From a virus (lineage: Duplodnaviria > Caudoviricetes), in IMG/VR virus record IMGVR_UViG_3300045932_000268, positions 1 through 63,947 of that record: a stretch of DNA of 63,947 nt, one strand, 5' to 3'. The stretch's first letter is position 1; each line of letters starts with the position of its first letter. This document shows, one piece after another, positions 19,167-28,095 of the stretch. Position numbers and translations under genes: made by a program. The notes under the pieces were generated by a model that made no database searches, was not told the origin of the DNA, and saw nothing but the letters and a program-made list of their open reading frames with translations.

Positions 19167-19547
19167 TCAATGAATCGTGGCTGGAGCCGGCGGCTCCGGG
19201 GCCTGCAGCGTCATGAGGATGGTGCGCACGATGTCCCCGACGCCCTTGTCGATCATCAGCATCAGTTGCTGGGTGCTCTGCGAGGCCCCGGGGAACTGAC
19301 TGACGAGGGCTTCCATCTGGCTCTGGAAGGTGGCTTTGGCCTGGCTGACCAGTTCGACGGCGCCGCGCGCCTGCGCGCGGGGATCCGCCTGAGGCAGCGT
19401 CCCGGGTGTGCCCGCCGGGGGACCGACCATCGCGCCCGGCGGCGGCGGCGCGCCCTGCGTCGGGTCCACCCCAGGCGGCGGACCGCCCATCATGCCCGGC
19501 TGCAGCAGCATCCCGGCCGGGTCCCCGGCCATCATCGGCAACGGCAT
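19167..19547 (-). CDS. Pro/Gly/Gln-rich head-module protein
   Basis: 126-aa ORF in operon with the scaffold. Confidence 0.6.
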   Translation of the reverse strand: MPLPMMAGDPAGMLLQPGMMGGPPPGVDPTQGAPPPPGAMVGPPAGTPGTLPQADPRAQARGAVELVSQAKATFQSQMEALVSQFPGASQSTQQLMLMIDKGVGDIVRTILMTLQAPEPPAPATIH

Positions 19548-19550
19548 CGC

Positions 19551-19643
19551 TTACGCCCGCTTCTTGCCGCGCCCCTTGCCGCGCCCCTTGATGAAGGGCG
19601 TGTAGGTGGTCTTGATCGTGGTTTTCTTCCCGCCCTTGGCCAT
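19551..19643 (-). CDS. 30-aa highly basic peptide (not in the ORF track)
   Basis: GGAGG SD, then MAKGGKKTTIKTTYTPFIKGRGKGRGKKRA*. Confidence 0.6.
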   Translation of the reverse strand: MAKGGKKTTIKTTYTPFIKGRGKGRGKKRA

Positions 19644-19670
19644 GTGCTGCCTCCACGGGTACAAAACAAA

Positions 19671-19712
19671 AGGCCCGATCACCGATCCCCACGTTGGAAT
19701 CGGGTCGGGCCT
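19671..19712. promoter_or_regulatory. Stem-loop in the leader of the scaffold/capsid genes
   Basis: AGGCCCGA...TCGGGCCT with inner CCGAT/ATCGG pairing; followed on the minus strand by TTTTGTTTTGT, so terminator/attenuator-like. Confidence 0.55.
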
Positions 19713-19772
19713 CTGCGGTCCCTGAGCCTCCCCCCGGATCTCAGGTCGCCTGATTGGCCGTACTGGTGGGAC

Positions 19773-19803
19773 AGTCTGCGGCCGAGGTGCCCCCGGTTGT
19801 CAA
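19773..19803 (-). promoter_or_regulatory. Putative promoter for head genes
   Basis: TTGACA on the minus strand with an A-tract upstream; weak -10 (CAGACT) at long spacing. Confidence 0.35.
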
Positions 19804-19810
19804 GCGTTTT

Positions 19811-20125
19811 TTACGGGGCGGGGCCCGGCGGGCCTCCATCGAAGATGGCATCCTGCCCCTTGCGCCAGCAATCACCGCACAGTTCCGCCCCTTTCAACGG
19901 TCCCTCCCACCGATACCCGCACCCACTGCACCGATGCATCAGAGGAACGGCGGATCCCAATCCCTGCGCCTCGAGAATGACGCGAGCAAACGTCTGAAGA
20001 TTGAATTCCACGGTTTCCTGAGTTGTCCACAGTCGATCATCCGCCGCCCAGAGCGTGATCGCCTTCAACTGTTCCGCGTTCAACGGGATTGGACCTCCCA
20101 TCGTCGGTAGATCGTCAGTCGCCAT
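19811..20125 (-). CDS. Hypothetical protein with Zn ribbon
   Basis: CSGC...CGDC. Confidence 0.6.
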   Translation of the reverse strand: MATDDLPTMGGPIPLNAEQLKAITLWAADDRLWTTQETVEFNLQTFARVILEAQGLGSAVPLMHRCSGCGYRWEGPLKGAELCGDCWRKGQDAIFDGGPPGPAP

Positions 20126-20137
20126 CGTGGACCCCTC

Positions 20138-20233
20138 TCAGGCGTGGCGCGGCGGTCGTTTCGGCTCCTTCCACCCGCAGGCCGCGCACTGCTTTTCGTT
20201 CCAGACGTGACCGCACATCGGGCAATTCGCCAT
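20138..20233 (-). CDS. 31-aa CPxCG micro zinc-finger peptide
   Basis: MANCPMCGHVWNEKQCAACGWKEPKRPPRHA* translated by hand. Confidence 0.45.
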   Translation of the reverse strand: MANCPMCGHVWNEKQCAACGWKEPKRPPRHA

Positions 20234-20246
20234 CAGGCGCCTCAGA

Positions 20247-20282
20247 AGTCTGAAGGAAACTGTCCCGAGTCTGAAGGAAACT
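20247..20282. repeat. 15-bp tandem direct repeat AGTCTGAAGGAAACT, 21-bp period
   Basis: Copies at 20247-20261 and 20268-20282, intergenic. Confidence 0.8.
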
Positions 20283-20284
20283 TT

Positions 20285-20488
20285 TCAGCGCGGGGACAGT
20301 TCCTCGCGCACCATTTGGTGGATCGCCTCAGAGACATCGGCGAGGGCCCGCCAGCGGTCACTGGACGGATCGAGCGGCATGCGCTCGTCCACGAGCCAGG
20401 CCGACAACCGGTTGAGAATCAACACGTGCGCCTGCGCCCACGCGAGGTCGTTCGGCGGTTCCGCAACGATGTGCTGCTCAGTCGTCAT
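20285..20488 (-). CDS. Hypothetical protein
   Basis: 67 aa, coupled to the upstream gene. Confidence 0.55.
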   Translation of the reverse strand: MTTEQHIVAEPPNDLAWAQAHVLILNRLSAWLVDERMPLDPSSDRWRALADVSEAIHQMVREELSPR

Positions 20489-20985
20489 TACTGGGTGTTC
20501 CGCGCGATGAATTCTTTCATGGCTTGGACCATGTCCTCGCGCCGGGCGCTGCTGATGTAGAACAGCGAGCCGGCCTTGCCTTCCTTCGCTAACCCCGTTT
20601 GCCCGTAGCTGAAGATCAGGAGCGTAAAGCCGAAGCCGCTCGGCACCTGCGGCTTGATCTGGCCGGCCAGGTCACGGAGCGTCGCTTCCACGTCGGCACT
20701 GCGCACGTTGTAGCCGTGTTGCTCCACCACCGGCGGCGCCGCAGCGGGCACCTCACGGCCCTGCTGCCGAATGTAGGCCTCGCACTCCGCCTTGAGCGCA
20801 TCCAGGAAGGCCACGCCCTCCTCCTCCGGCGTGTCCTCCTCGATCGAGGTGGCCACGTTCATGAGCATGCTGTAGGAACCGGCGTAGAACGCCCGCTCGC
20901 ATTCCTGCACCTGCACCGCCGAGGCATCGTCCGGGATCACCACCCGGCGGTAACTCGCAAAGGCCTCCGCGACAGTCGGCATCAT
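20488..20985 (-). CDS. Hypothetical protein
   Basis: 165 aa with a GAGGAG SD. Confidence 0.7.
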   Translation of the reverse strand: MMPTVAEAFASYRRVVIPDDASAVQVQECERAFYAGSYSMLMNVATSIEEDTPEEEGVAFLDALKAECEAYIRQQGREVPAAAPPVVEQHGYNVRSADVEATLRDLAGQIKPQVPSGFGFTLLIFSYGQTGLAKEGKAGSLFYISSARREDMVQAMKEFIARNTQ

Positions 20986-20991
20986 CGCTCC

Positions 20992-21234
20992 TCAGTTGGG
21001 CCGGCGCTGATCGCGCACCGTGCTCGGGCCAATCAACGTGGCCATCTGCTGCTCCATCTCTGCTTCCGTCTCGCCTGCGAAGATCATGATCCGCAGGCCG
21101 GCCGGCACGGTCAGGCCATGCGTGTCCTGCGACAGGTCAATCGGCTGGCCCGCTTCGAGCCGCTCCCGATTCGCCCGCGAGAGGCCAATGATGAGCAGTT
21201 CCCCCACTTCAATGGTCGCCCGGGCCAGAAACAT
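20992..21234 (-). CDS. Hypothetical protein
   Basis: 80 aa with a GAGGAGG SD. Confidence 0.65.
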   Translation of the reverse strand: MFLARATIEVGELLIIGLSRANRERLEAGQPIDLSQDTHGLTVPAGLRIMIFAGETEAEMEQQMATLIGPSTVRDQRRPN

Positions 21235-21243
21235 ACGACCTCC

Positions 21244-21426
21244 TCAGCGCAGGCGCGGCAACGGAATGTCGCCGACGAACAGTTGCAGCAGCCACAGGAT
21301 CAGCACCAGCACGATGACCACCCGCAACACCAGCTTGATCGGCGGGGACATCGGCACATAAGTCTCGATGAGGTACAGCACGAGGCCGACGATGACCAGG
21401 ACGACGATGAGGGTAATCAAGCCCAT
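21244..21426 (-). CDS. Small 2-TM membrane protein (Thivi_2564-like)
   Basis: Two hydrophobic helices separated by YVPMSPPIK. Confidence 0.7.
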   Translation of the reverse strand: MGLITLIVVLVIVGLVLYLIETYVPMSPPIKLVLRVVIVLVLILWLLQLFVGDIPLPRLR

Positions 21427-21442
21427 CGCGAGGCTCCTCCCG

Positions 21443-21706
21443 TCAGCAGACGTCCCGCGTCTCTTCCCAGGTGATCCAGACCTCCTGGCCTTGGGAATAA
21501 TCGACCAGCAGGCGTCCGGATTTGCCGTAGCGGTGGATCCACCGTTCGAGCTCCGTCCAGCAGCGGGCCGGCAACCGCACCGTCACCCGCTCCGCCACCG
21601 TCTGCCCGAACGACCACGCAATGCGTTCGATGCTCTCGGTGCGATAGAACGTGGGCACCCCGTCGTCAGCCTGGGGGTGGGCGCCGTGGCCGTTGGTACT
21701 GCTCAT
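21443..21706 (-). CDS. Hypothetical protein
   Basis: MSSTNGHG... overlaps the portal stop (ATGA). Confidence 0.55.
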   Translation of the reverse strand: MSSTNGHGAHPQADDGVPTFYRTESIERIAWSFGQTVAERVTVRLPARCWTELERWIHRYGKSGRLLVDYSQGQEVWITWEETRDVC

Positions 21707-23754
21707 GAGGTGGCAATCGTGCTGCGTGTCCCGCCGTCCTTCTGCTGAATGTGCGGCGTCCGTTGATAGGTCGGCGGGCGCCCGCGGGGAGCGCCGGTAG
21801 ACACGCCGCCGCCGTTGGACGGAGCGCCCGTCGTCGGCCCCATCTGCTGCTGCGCCTCCGCCGCGAGGTCGGCCAGCAGGTGCTGCCACGCCACCCACCG
21901 CTCGATGATGTTGTTGGCGCCCTTGGGCGGCGGGCCGAAGTTGTCGATCTCGTAGAGCTCGGCTTTCGTCCACGGATCCATCGGGAAGCCGGTCTTCTCC
22001 AGTTGGAGCAGCAACAGTTTCTGGCTCATCGTCTGCAGCCGCGCCATCGAGTTCGGCACGACGTAGTACTCGAAATTGGCGGCGTGGCGGCGGGCCCGTT
22101 CGACCAGCGTGTAGCGGGACGGCCCCTGCTCGGCGTTTTCCCCCGGCAGGTGCGACGGCACGAGCGTCCCCGGATCCCAGTCGAAATCTTCCTCAACGGC
22201 GCCGTCGGGGCCGAGAATCTCCATGCGCTTGCGCAGCGGCCGAAACTGCAGGTTGAGGTAGCGGCGGAGTTCGCCGAGATCCCGCATGCCGCGCTCCATG
22301 CTGCGCGTCATGTCCTGCGCGAGCGGCCCGGCCATCTCCAGAATCTTCTCGATGGTGCCTTCCGAGGGGATCTGCCGCGCCTTGGCCATCGCCACCAGAT
22401 CGCGCACGCCCATCATGTGGTCCTGGCGCTCCTCCATCTGCTGCACCCAGACCGGAATGTAGGCGGGGAGGTCGGCGTAGTTGACCGGCAGGATCGGCCG
22501 GATCGGCTCGCCCATCTGCATGTTGAGCCGGTACATCTGGCGCGGCTGCCGCGGGTTCCACCGCCCCGCGAGCCGTTCGCTGACGAGGTTTTCGTCGGCC
22601 GCCATCGGCGGCGCGAGGCGAATCATGGCGGCGTCGGTGATCCCGCGCATCAGGGCGTTGTTGTCCTCTTCGATCGCCTTCACGTCGTGGATGAGCGAGA
22701 AGCCGAGCGCCTCCCACGGCCAGTCATCGAAGCGGAAGCGGGTGAGCGGCACCAGGCCGTGCCACCACGGCGAGCTGTCATCCTCGAGGAGCACGCGCGA
22801 GGTCGCCACCATGCGCCGGCGCAGCGGATAGAGCCGCGCATCGTCGAAGGTTGCCTTGCGGTAGAGCGGCACCCCCTCCCAGCCGAAGGTCCCGGTCGGA
22901 ATGTCGCTTCCGAGCGAGGGGACCGTATACGCCCACGACGTGCCCGGCTTGCCCATCAGGACGTCGTGCCCGGTCGTGTTGATCGACTGGTCAAAGATGT
23001 AGGCCTCATAGACGTCGCAGGTGGGGAAGATGTCGTCGCGCCCCTCGCGCTCAGCCGTCACCCCGGAGAGCGCCCGCAGCGGGGAGGTCATGAACGACTG
23101 CACGTAATCGAGCCCCTTGCGCGTCCACGCCTTGGCCCCGTGATCGGGCGCCACCTCCGCCGCCCGCGTCGGATACTTCGCCCAGATCAGGTGAATCGGC
23201 ACCCGCGACAGCGTGATCACCGCGTAGCAGCGTTGCAGGTCGTGATCACGCGGCGGGTTGATGAGATAGACCTCGCGCGCCCCCCACACATCGGTACGAA
23301 TGTCGCCCCGGCCCGGCCCGTGGAAGTCCGGATCCCACACGTGGCCGATGTAGCCAGTCCCGGTGACGGCCGTCTCCTGAAACCCCTCACGAAACGACCG
23401 GTCGGCAAACGTGTTGTACCACCACCACTTGTCCAACTTGTTGAGGATGACCGCCTGGTTGTAGAAGTCCGGGTTGTCGGTCTTGTTGGCGGCGGTCGGG
23501 CGCAGGTTGGAGAGAATCGACACCAGTTCGCGGATCTGGCGCTTGCTGCGCGGCACGCGCACGCGCGACATGTCTTCGGGAATGGCTTCGGTGGTGGGGG
23601 AGAGGATGAGATCGAGCGCCTCGTCGATCGAGCCATACGGGCGCTGCTGTTTCAGCCACTGCTCGCCCTGGCTGATGATCTCGCGCAGCCACCCGACCTT
23701 GGTGTCCTCGCTCGACGCCGCCATCGGGGCCCGGTAGTCGCTCAGTCCGGTCAT
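21703..23754 (-). CDS. Portal protein
   Basis: 683 aa downstream of terL; TGTGYI..WDP and PWWHGLVPL..F motifs typical of podovirus portals. Confidence 0.8.
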   Translation of the reverse strand: MTGLSDYRAPMAASSEDTKVGWLREIISQGEQWLKQQRPYGSIDEALDLILSPTTEAIPEDMSRVRVPRSKRQIRELVSILSNLRPTAANKTDNPDFYNQAVILNKLDKWWWYNTFADRSFREGFQETAVTGTGYIGHVWDPDFHGPGRGDIRTDVWGAREVYLINPPRDHDLQRCYAVITLSRVPIHLIWAKYPTRAAEVAPDHGAKAWTRKGLDYVQSFMTSPLRALSGVTAEREGRDDIFPTCDVYEAYIFDQSINTTGHDVLMGKPGTSWAYTVPSLGSDIPTGTFGWEGVPLYRKATFDDARLYPLRRRMVATSRVLLEDDSSPWWHGLVPLTRFRFDDWPWEALGFSLIHDVKAIEEDNNALMRGITDAAMIRLAPPMAADENLVSERLAGRWNPRQPRQMYRLNMQMGEPIRPILPVNYADLPAYIPVWVQQMEERQDHMMGVRDLVAMAKARQIPSEGTIEKILEMAGPLAQDMTRSMERGMRDLGELRRYLNLQFRPLRKRMEILGPDGAVEEDFDWDPGTLVPSHLPGENAEQGPSRYTLVERARRHAANFEYYVVPNSMARLQTMSQKLLLLQLEKTGFPMDPWTKAELYEIDNFGPPPKGANNIIERWVAWQHLLADLAAEAQQQMGPTTGAPSNGGGVSTGAPRGRPPTYQRTPHIQQKDGGTRSTIATS

Positions 23755-23928
23755 GACCGTCCGTCCTTCCGCTGCATGCGCACGATGACGGCACGCTGAG
23801 CGCGCACGTCAGGGCAGATCTGCCGGTGGAGCTCCGCACACGTTCGGCAAAAGTGGAGCATCGGCACATCAAGGCCGGCACAACAGTGCGTGGCCGGGGC
23901 GAGGCAGACTTCGCAGCCCGTCCATCGC

Positions 23929-24489
23929 CTAGCTCCGGCGGCGCTGCCACTTCGTGCGCGCATCCCGGTAGGCCTCGCGGTTGCTCGCATCGTTTTCAAA
24001 CGGCTCGACGTAGAAGCCGGCCTCCCCGCTGGTCGGTCGCCGCTGATTATGCTGAGCCAGGGCCACTTCCGCAAACGCCCGCCCGGCGGGGGACATCTGC
24101 GCCATCGCCGCCCGGAGGTCACTGCGGTTCTTCGCTTCGACCGTTTCCAGCCATGCGCACTCGCGTTCGACCTGTTGGCGGATCTTGCTGTTTTCCGCCG
24201 CGTTGACCCGCGCCTGAAAGCGCCGGACCTCGCCGATCGTGCGCAGTTCGCGCCGTTCGTAGCCCACCGGTACCGGGGCGTCGGTCGCGCCGGGGAAGCG
24301 CACCTCCCCTTTGGCGTTGACGTGGTAGACGACGGGGTCGAAGTGTTGCGCGGCCTGCTCGTAGACGGCACCGTGCGGGCAGAAGGGCCACTCGGCGATT
24401 CCGTAGTGCGTGTGACACCGGGGGCATTCGACGGTCGGTGGCTCCGGACCGAGCTGCAGATCGGCGGTGAGGGTGTCAAGGTCTTTCAT
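23929..24489 (-). CDS. Hypothetical protein with N-terminal Zn-binding motif
   Basis: Start MKDLDT; CPRC...CPH. Confidence 0.65.
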   Translation of the reverse strand: MKDLDTLTADLQLGPEPPTVECPRCHTHYGIAEWPFCPHGAVYEQAAQHFDPVVYHVNAKGEVRFPGATDAPVPVGYERRELRTIGEVRRFQARVNAAENSKIRQQVERECAWLETVEAKNRSDLRAAMAQMSPAGRAFAEVALAQHNQRRPTSGEAGFYVEPFENDASNREAYRDARTKWQRRRS

Positions 24490-24851
24490 GAGGTCCTCAC
24501 GCGCGGCTCGAGGGCGGTCCGACATGTAACGCAGATCCACATCTTGAACCGGCGGGACCGACGCAACGAGAACGGACTCCCGCAGCCGCACCGGGCCCCC
24601 AGCGGTGCCACATTCGGATCGCCGTCGAGCGCCCGCTGCTGCCACAGCGCGACGGCGCGGACAATCATCGCTTCGAGTGATTCACCGGTTCGGCGCCGGG
24701 CCCGAACGGCCGCCCAGTTGTGCGCCGGGCCAGAACCAGCCAAGGCGATGCTGCGCGAGCCAATTCGAACGTGGAGTCTGGGGTGGCGCTCAAGGTAGGC
24801 GAGCGCCGCAGTAATGGTGACGGTCGGCGGCTCCGGACCGAGCTGGAGATC
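24430..24851. repeat. 33-bp direct repeat (24430-24462 and 24819-24851) encoding DLQLGPEPPTV in two adjacent genes
   Basis: Two synonymous mismatches between the copies. Confidence 0.85.
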
Positions 24852-24866
24852 AGGCTCAGCGGTCAT
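24486..24866 (-). CDS. Hypothetical protein with C-terminal Zn ribbon
   Basis: Start MTAEPD; CGCG...CVTC. Confidence 0.55.
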   Translation of the reverse strand: MTAEPDLQLGPEPPTVTITAALAYLERHPRLHVRIGSRSIALAGSGPAHNWAAVRARRRTGESLEAMIVRAVALWQQRALDGDPNVAPLGARCGCGSPFSLRRSRRFKMWICVTCRTALEPRVRTS

Positions 24867-25062
24867 GGAGCCGTTCCAGCAGATGGCGGCGCCAGCCGTC
24901 GAAGGCGATGTCGGCGGACACCTCACCCACGGCCCCCGCGAATTGGGTCGCGCTGAGCCGCGCCTCGGTCAGCACCCCCTCGACGCGGAGGTCAAACTCA
25001 TGCCGCGCGGCGGTAATCATCGCCCGCATGTCGATCAGTTCCGGCGTCTCATTCCTGCTCAT
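24856..25062 (-). CDS. Hypothetical protein
   Basis: 68-aa ORF in operon orientation. Confidence 0.5.
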   Translation of the reverse strand: MSRNETPELIDMRAMITAARHEFDLRVEGVLTEARLSATQFAGAVGEVSADIAFDGWRRHLLERLHDR

Positions 25063-25115
25063 GCACGCCTCATCTGACGGTATGACCGCCGGTCATCCGA
25101 TGGTAGACTGGCGGT

Positions 25116-25355
25116 ATGAAAACGGCCATCTCGCTCCCCGATCCCCTCTTTGCGCGAGTTACGCGGCTCGCGCGCCAGACCCGGCGCACGCGCAGCGCCG
25201 TGGTCGCGGCGGCGCTGGAAGAATATGTCGCGCGCCATGCCCCCGACGAAATCACCGAGAGCATCAATCGCGTCATCGCCGCGCTCGGCGGCGACACCGT
25301 CGATCCGGTCCTCCAAGCGGCGGCCGATGAGATGCTGCGGACGGTCGAATGGTAA
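25116..25355 (+). CDS. Ribbon-helix-helix antitoxin
   Basis: MKTAISLPDPLF...RSAVVAAALEEY; directly upstream of the toxin; TAGACT -10 shortly before the ATG. Confidence 0.85.
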   Translation: MKTAISLPDPLFARVTRLARQTRRTRSAVVAAALEEYVARHAPDEITESINRVIAALGGDTVDPVLQAAADEMLRTVEW

Positions 25356-25702
25356 TGACCCAGGGCGACATCTGGTGGGCCGAGTTGCCCGCCCCGGCCG
25401 GATCGACGGCGGGCTTTCGGCGACCGGTCATCGTCGTGCAGAGCGACAGCTTCAACCGCAGTCAGATCGGCACGATCGTCTGCGTCCCCTTGACCAGTCA
25501 ACTGCGCTGGGCCGACGCGGCCGGGAACATCCGCCTGACACCGCGCCAGACGGCCTTGCCAAAGGAGTCGGTGGCTCAGGCGACCTTGATCCTCGCGGTT
25601 GATCGCCGCCGCTTGACCGAACGCGTCGGTCGGCTGTCCGGCCCGACGCTCGCGCTGGTGCTCGCGGGCGTGGATCTGGTGCTCGGACGCACGCGCGGGT
25701 AG
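25349..25702 (+). CDS. mazF: PemK/MazF-family endoribonuclease toxin
   Basis: QGDIWWAEL...GFRRPVIVVQSDSFN...VPLTS. Confidence 0.9.
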   Translation: MVMTQGDIWWAELPAPAGSTAGFRRPVIVVQSDSFNRSQIGTIVCVPLTSQLRWADAAGNIRLTPRQTALPKESVAQATLILAVDRRRLTERVGRLSGPTLALVLAGVDLVLGRTRG

Positions 25703-25722
25703 CGCCCCGATCGCCATGCCGT

Positions 25723-27885
25723 TCACGCTCCCCGCCGCCACCGGCGCCGCGCCTCGCGCGCCACCTGCGCGTAGACGGCATCAAACCGCGGCGGCATCCC
25801 GTGCGGACTCACGTCCCGCCCCTGCCACCCCGGATCCCACACCGGATCCTCGCGCGCCAGCGTCGTCCGCCGGTCCGTTGCGGTCTGCCGCGGCCCGCGT
25901 GTCTCGTTCACATACCAGGAGAAGAGCAGCATGCCGGCGGCGACGATCCGATCATCGTGCCCGCCGTAGGCGGCCCGCGCCGATTGCGCCGCTTCGTCCT
26001 TTTCGAGCGATTCCATCTCCGCCACGAACATCGGCGAGGCCAGATCGATCCAGCCGTTGTTGATGTAGGTCTGCACCATGTCGAGCATCCAGGCGCGGGC
26101 CCACTGGTTGGAGAAGAAGCCGATCTTGTTGCTGCGCGTCCGCTGCATGCGTTGGTCGTAGCGTTGCCAGACGTGGAAGTTCCACCAGCCGCGCTTCTTC
26201 ATTTCGTACTGGACGGCTTCCCCCGAGCGCAGACAGTCGATCGACACCCGCGGTTGCCGCCGTTCCCCGTCGATCTCGGTCGCAAACAGGCTCCCGAGCG
26301 CATACGCCCACGGCCAGAAGCCCTGGCTGTTGATGTAGGGCGAGCACATCTCGACCACCTGCCCGTCGATCCGCGTCAGGCTCCCTTTGCGCAGGCCTTC
26401 GATCACCGAGGCGTCCAGCCCGATGCCGTCGCCGGTATCGACGCCGAAGCCGTACTCCTCGTCGGGCGCCGGCCACTCCCAGACGAAGATTTTGCCGTCG
26501 GTCGAGGCCCCGTAGCCGTCGTAGCGCACCGGCACCAGCTCGTAGCGCAGGTCGTGCGCGCCCCACTGCGCCCGAATCGGGATCGGGGGCAACCGGCTCT
26601 CGGTTTCCACCGACGTCGGCCGGTGTTCGATCGGCACATCCTCGCGCGCCGGCCCGAACCCCTGCAGTTTGTAGACGCCGATCGGCTCTTTCACCTGCTC
26701 GCGGCAGCGCGTGACGACCTCGACGCTGAACACCGAGTGATTCGTCGACTGAAACGCCTCGAAATCGTCCGCCGGACACTCCTGCAGGAAGCGATTGAGC
26801 TCGTTGCTCTGCTTGTACTCGTCGCGCGTGACCTCGTACCACCAGAGTTGCTCGCGCGGCAGCACCCAGCCCCGGCCGAGGTGCTGGCGGAGGCGCGGAT
26901 TGGCCTCCACGTAGGCGGCGGCCCGCGCCGCATACAGCTGGAGCGGCTCATCCGCACGCCAGTCGGGCGGGATCGGGTGTTTCCGCAACCACCCCTCGTC
27001 GGGATAGATGTCCCGGCCCACATACCACGGCAGGAAGATGGGGCAGAGGCGGGCCCGGCCGCGCGCCCAGCCCTCTTTGGAGAGCCGCCACTTGGCGTGC
27101 CACCAGTTATCGCGCCCGAGCGCCGTCGATTCGAGGATCGCGAACACGTAGGGCGTCTCGTGCACGGCGTTGAGGAAGCTGGCGTCGATGTCCTCGGCGG
27201 GATTGCTCCATTCGCACAGCTCGGAGAAGTGCGCGACGTTCGGGGTCGAGCCACGGCTGACGCCGCTGAACTGGTTCCCCGACTGCGAACAGTCGAGCGC
27301 CGAATTGTGGCCGCCGAATTCGGCCGGCATCAGCTTGGACACCTTGGTGACGCGCGGCATCAGCCACCACGGCGTGTGCTCCCACACCGTGCGGATCATC
27401 TTGGAGAGCTTTTCGGTCTTGATCGGCGTCGAGGAGGCGACGACCGCATCGACATCCGCCCAGAACTGCACGCGGTGCGCGACGGCGAGCTCGGTCAGCG
27501 TGGAGACGCCCAACTGGCGAGCCTTCAGTTGGATCATCATGATCGCCCACCGCTTGGCGTCCATCTCCGCCCAGAGATCGAGCACGATCTCCTGCGCCGC
27601 ATTCGGCCGGAAGGGCGTCAGGACCTTTTCGAAGCTGACGATCTTGGCGTAGCGCGTCGCCCAATAGCGGAAGTCGTGCGTGCAGATCAGGCGCTCGTGA
27701 TCGATGAAGGCGATCTCGTCGGGGGTCAAGCCGCGCGTGAGGTCTTTCGTCTCGGGATCCCACGCGTCGGCGAGGATCCCGGTCATGTGGGCGACGTCGG
27801 CCGCCTCCAAGTAGGTCGGATCGAAGCTGGGGGTGGCGCGGGCCTGCGCCGCAAGGAAGCGCCGTGTCGTGGCCGGGTCATACAT
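25723..27885 (-). CDS. terL: Terminase large subunit
   Basis: Walker A LKARQLGVST, AHFSE (Walker B), ILEST, nuclease motifs FGVDTG and HDDRI. Confidence 0.92.
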   Translation of the reverse strand: MYDPATTRRFLAAQARATPSFDPTYLEAADVAHMTGILADAWDPETKDLTRGLTPDEIAFIDHERLICTHDFRYWATRYAKIVSFEKVLTPFRPNAAQEIVLDLWAEMDAKRWAIMMIQLKARQLGVSTLTELAVAHRVQFWADVDAVVASSTPIKTEKLSKMIRTVWEHTPWWLMPRVTKVSKLMPAEFGGHNSALDCSQSGNQFSGVSRGSTPNVAHFSELCEWSNPAEDIDASFLNAVHETPYVFAILESTALGRDNWWHAKWRLSKEGWARGRARLCPIFLPWYVGRDIYPDEGWLRKHPIPPDWRADEPLQLYAARAAAYVEANPRLRQHLGRGWVLPREQLWWYEVTRDEYKQSNELNRFLQECPADDFEAFQSTNHSVFSVEVVTRCREQVKEPIGVYKLQGFGPAREDVPIEHRPTSVETESRLPPIPIRAQWGAHDLRYELVPVRYDGYGASTDGKIFVWEWPAPDEEYGFGVDTGDGIGLDASVIEGLRKGSLTRIDGQVVEMCSPYINSQGFWPWAYALGSLFATEIDGERRQPRVSIDCLRSGEAVQYEMKKRGWWNFHVWQRYDQRMQRTRSNKIGFFSNQWARAWMLDMVQTYINNGWIDLASPMFVAEMESLEKDEAAQSARAAYGGHDDRIVAAGMLLFSWYVNETRGPRQTATDRRTTLAREDPVWDPGWQGRDVSPHGMPPRFDAVYAQVAREARRRWRRGA

Positions 27886-27891
27886 GGGCGA

Positions 27892-28095
27892 TCAGGCCTC
27901 GCCTTCCTCGTCATCCCACGGAAAGACATCCGGCTCCCATTCCGCTGCCGGGAGGGCGGCCGTCCTGTGCGTCTCTGCGTCAGGTGGCCGGGCATGGACA
28001 GCGCAGTAGGGTGAGTGCTCGAGCGCCTCCGCCACACAGCGCAGCAGATGGCTGCCATCGATCGCCATGATCTGCATGCACAGGCGTCTCGGCAT
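27892..28095 (-). CDS. Small Cys/His-containing hypothetical protein
   Basis: GAAGGAG SD; C..C..CAVH. Confidence 0.5.
   Translation of the reverse strand: MPRRLCMQIMAIDGSHLLRCVAEALEHSPYCAVHARPPDAETHRTAALPAAEWEPDVFPWDDEEGEA

Noticed and set aside
23751-23925. Cys-rich reading frame (CEVC..HCC..HFCRTC..H..C) upstream of the portal
   Set aside because: Looks protein-like, but the nearby ATG is out of frame and no clear start was found; possibly a frameshifted remnant.
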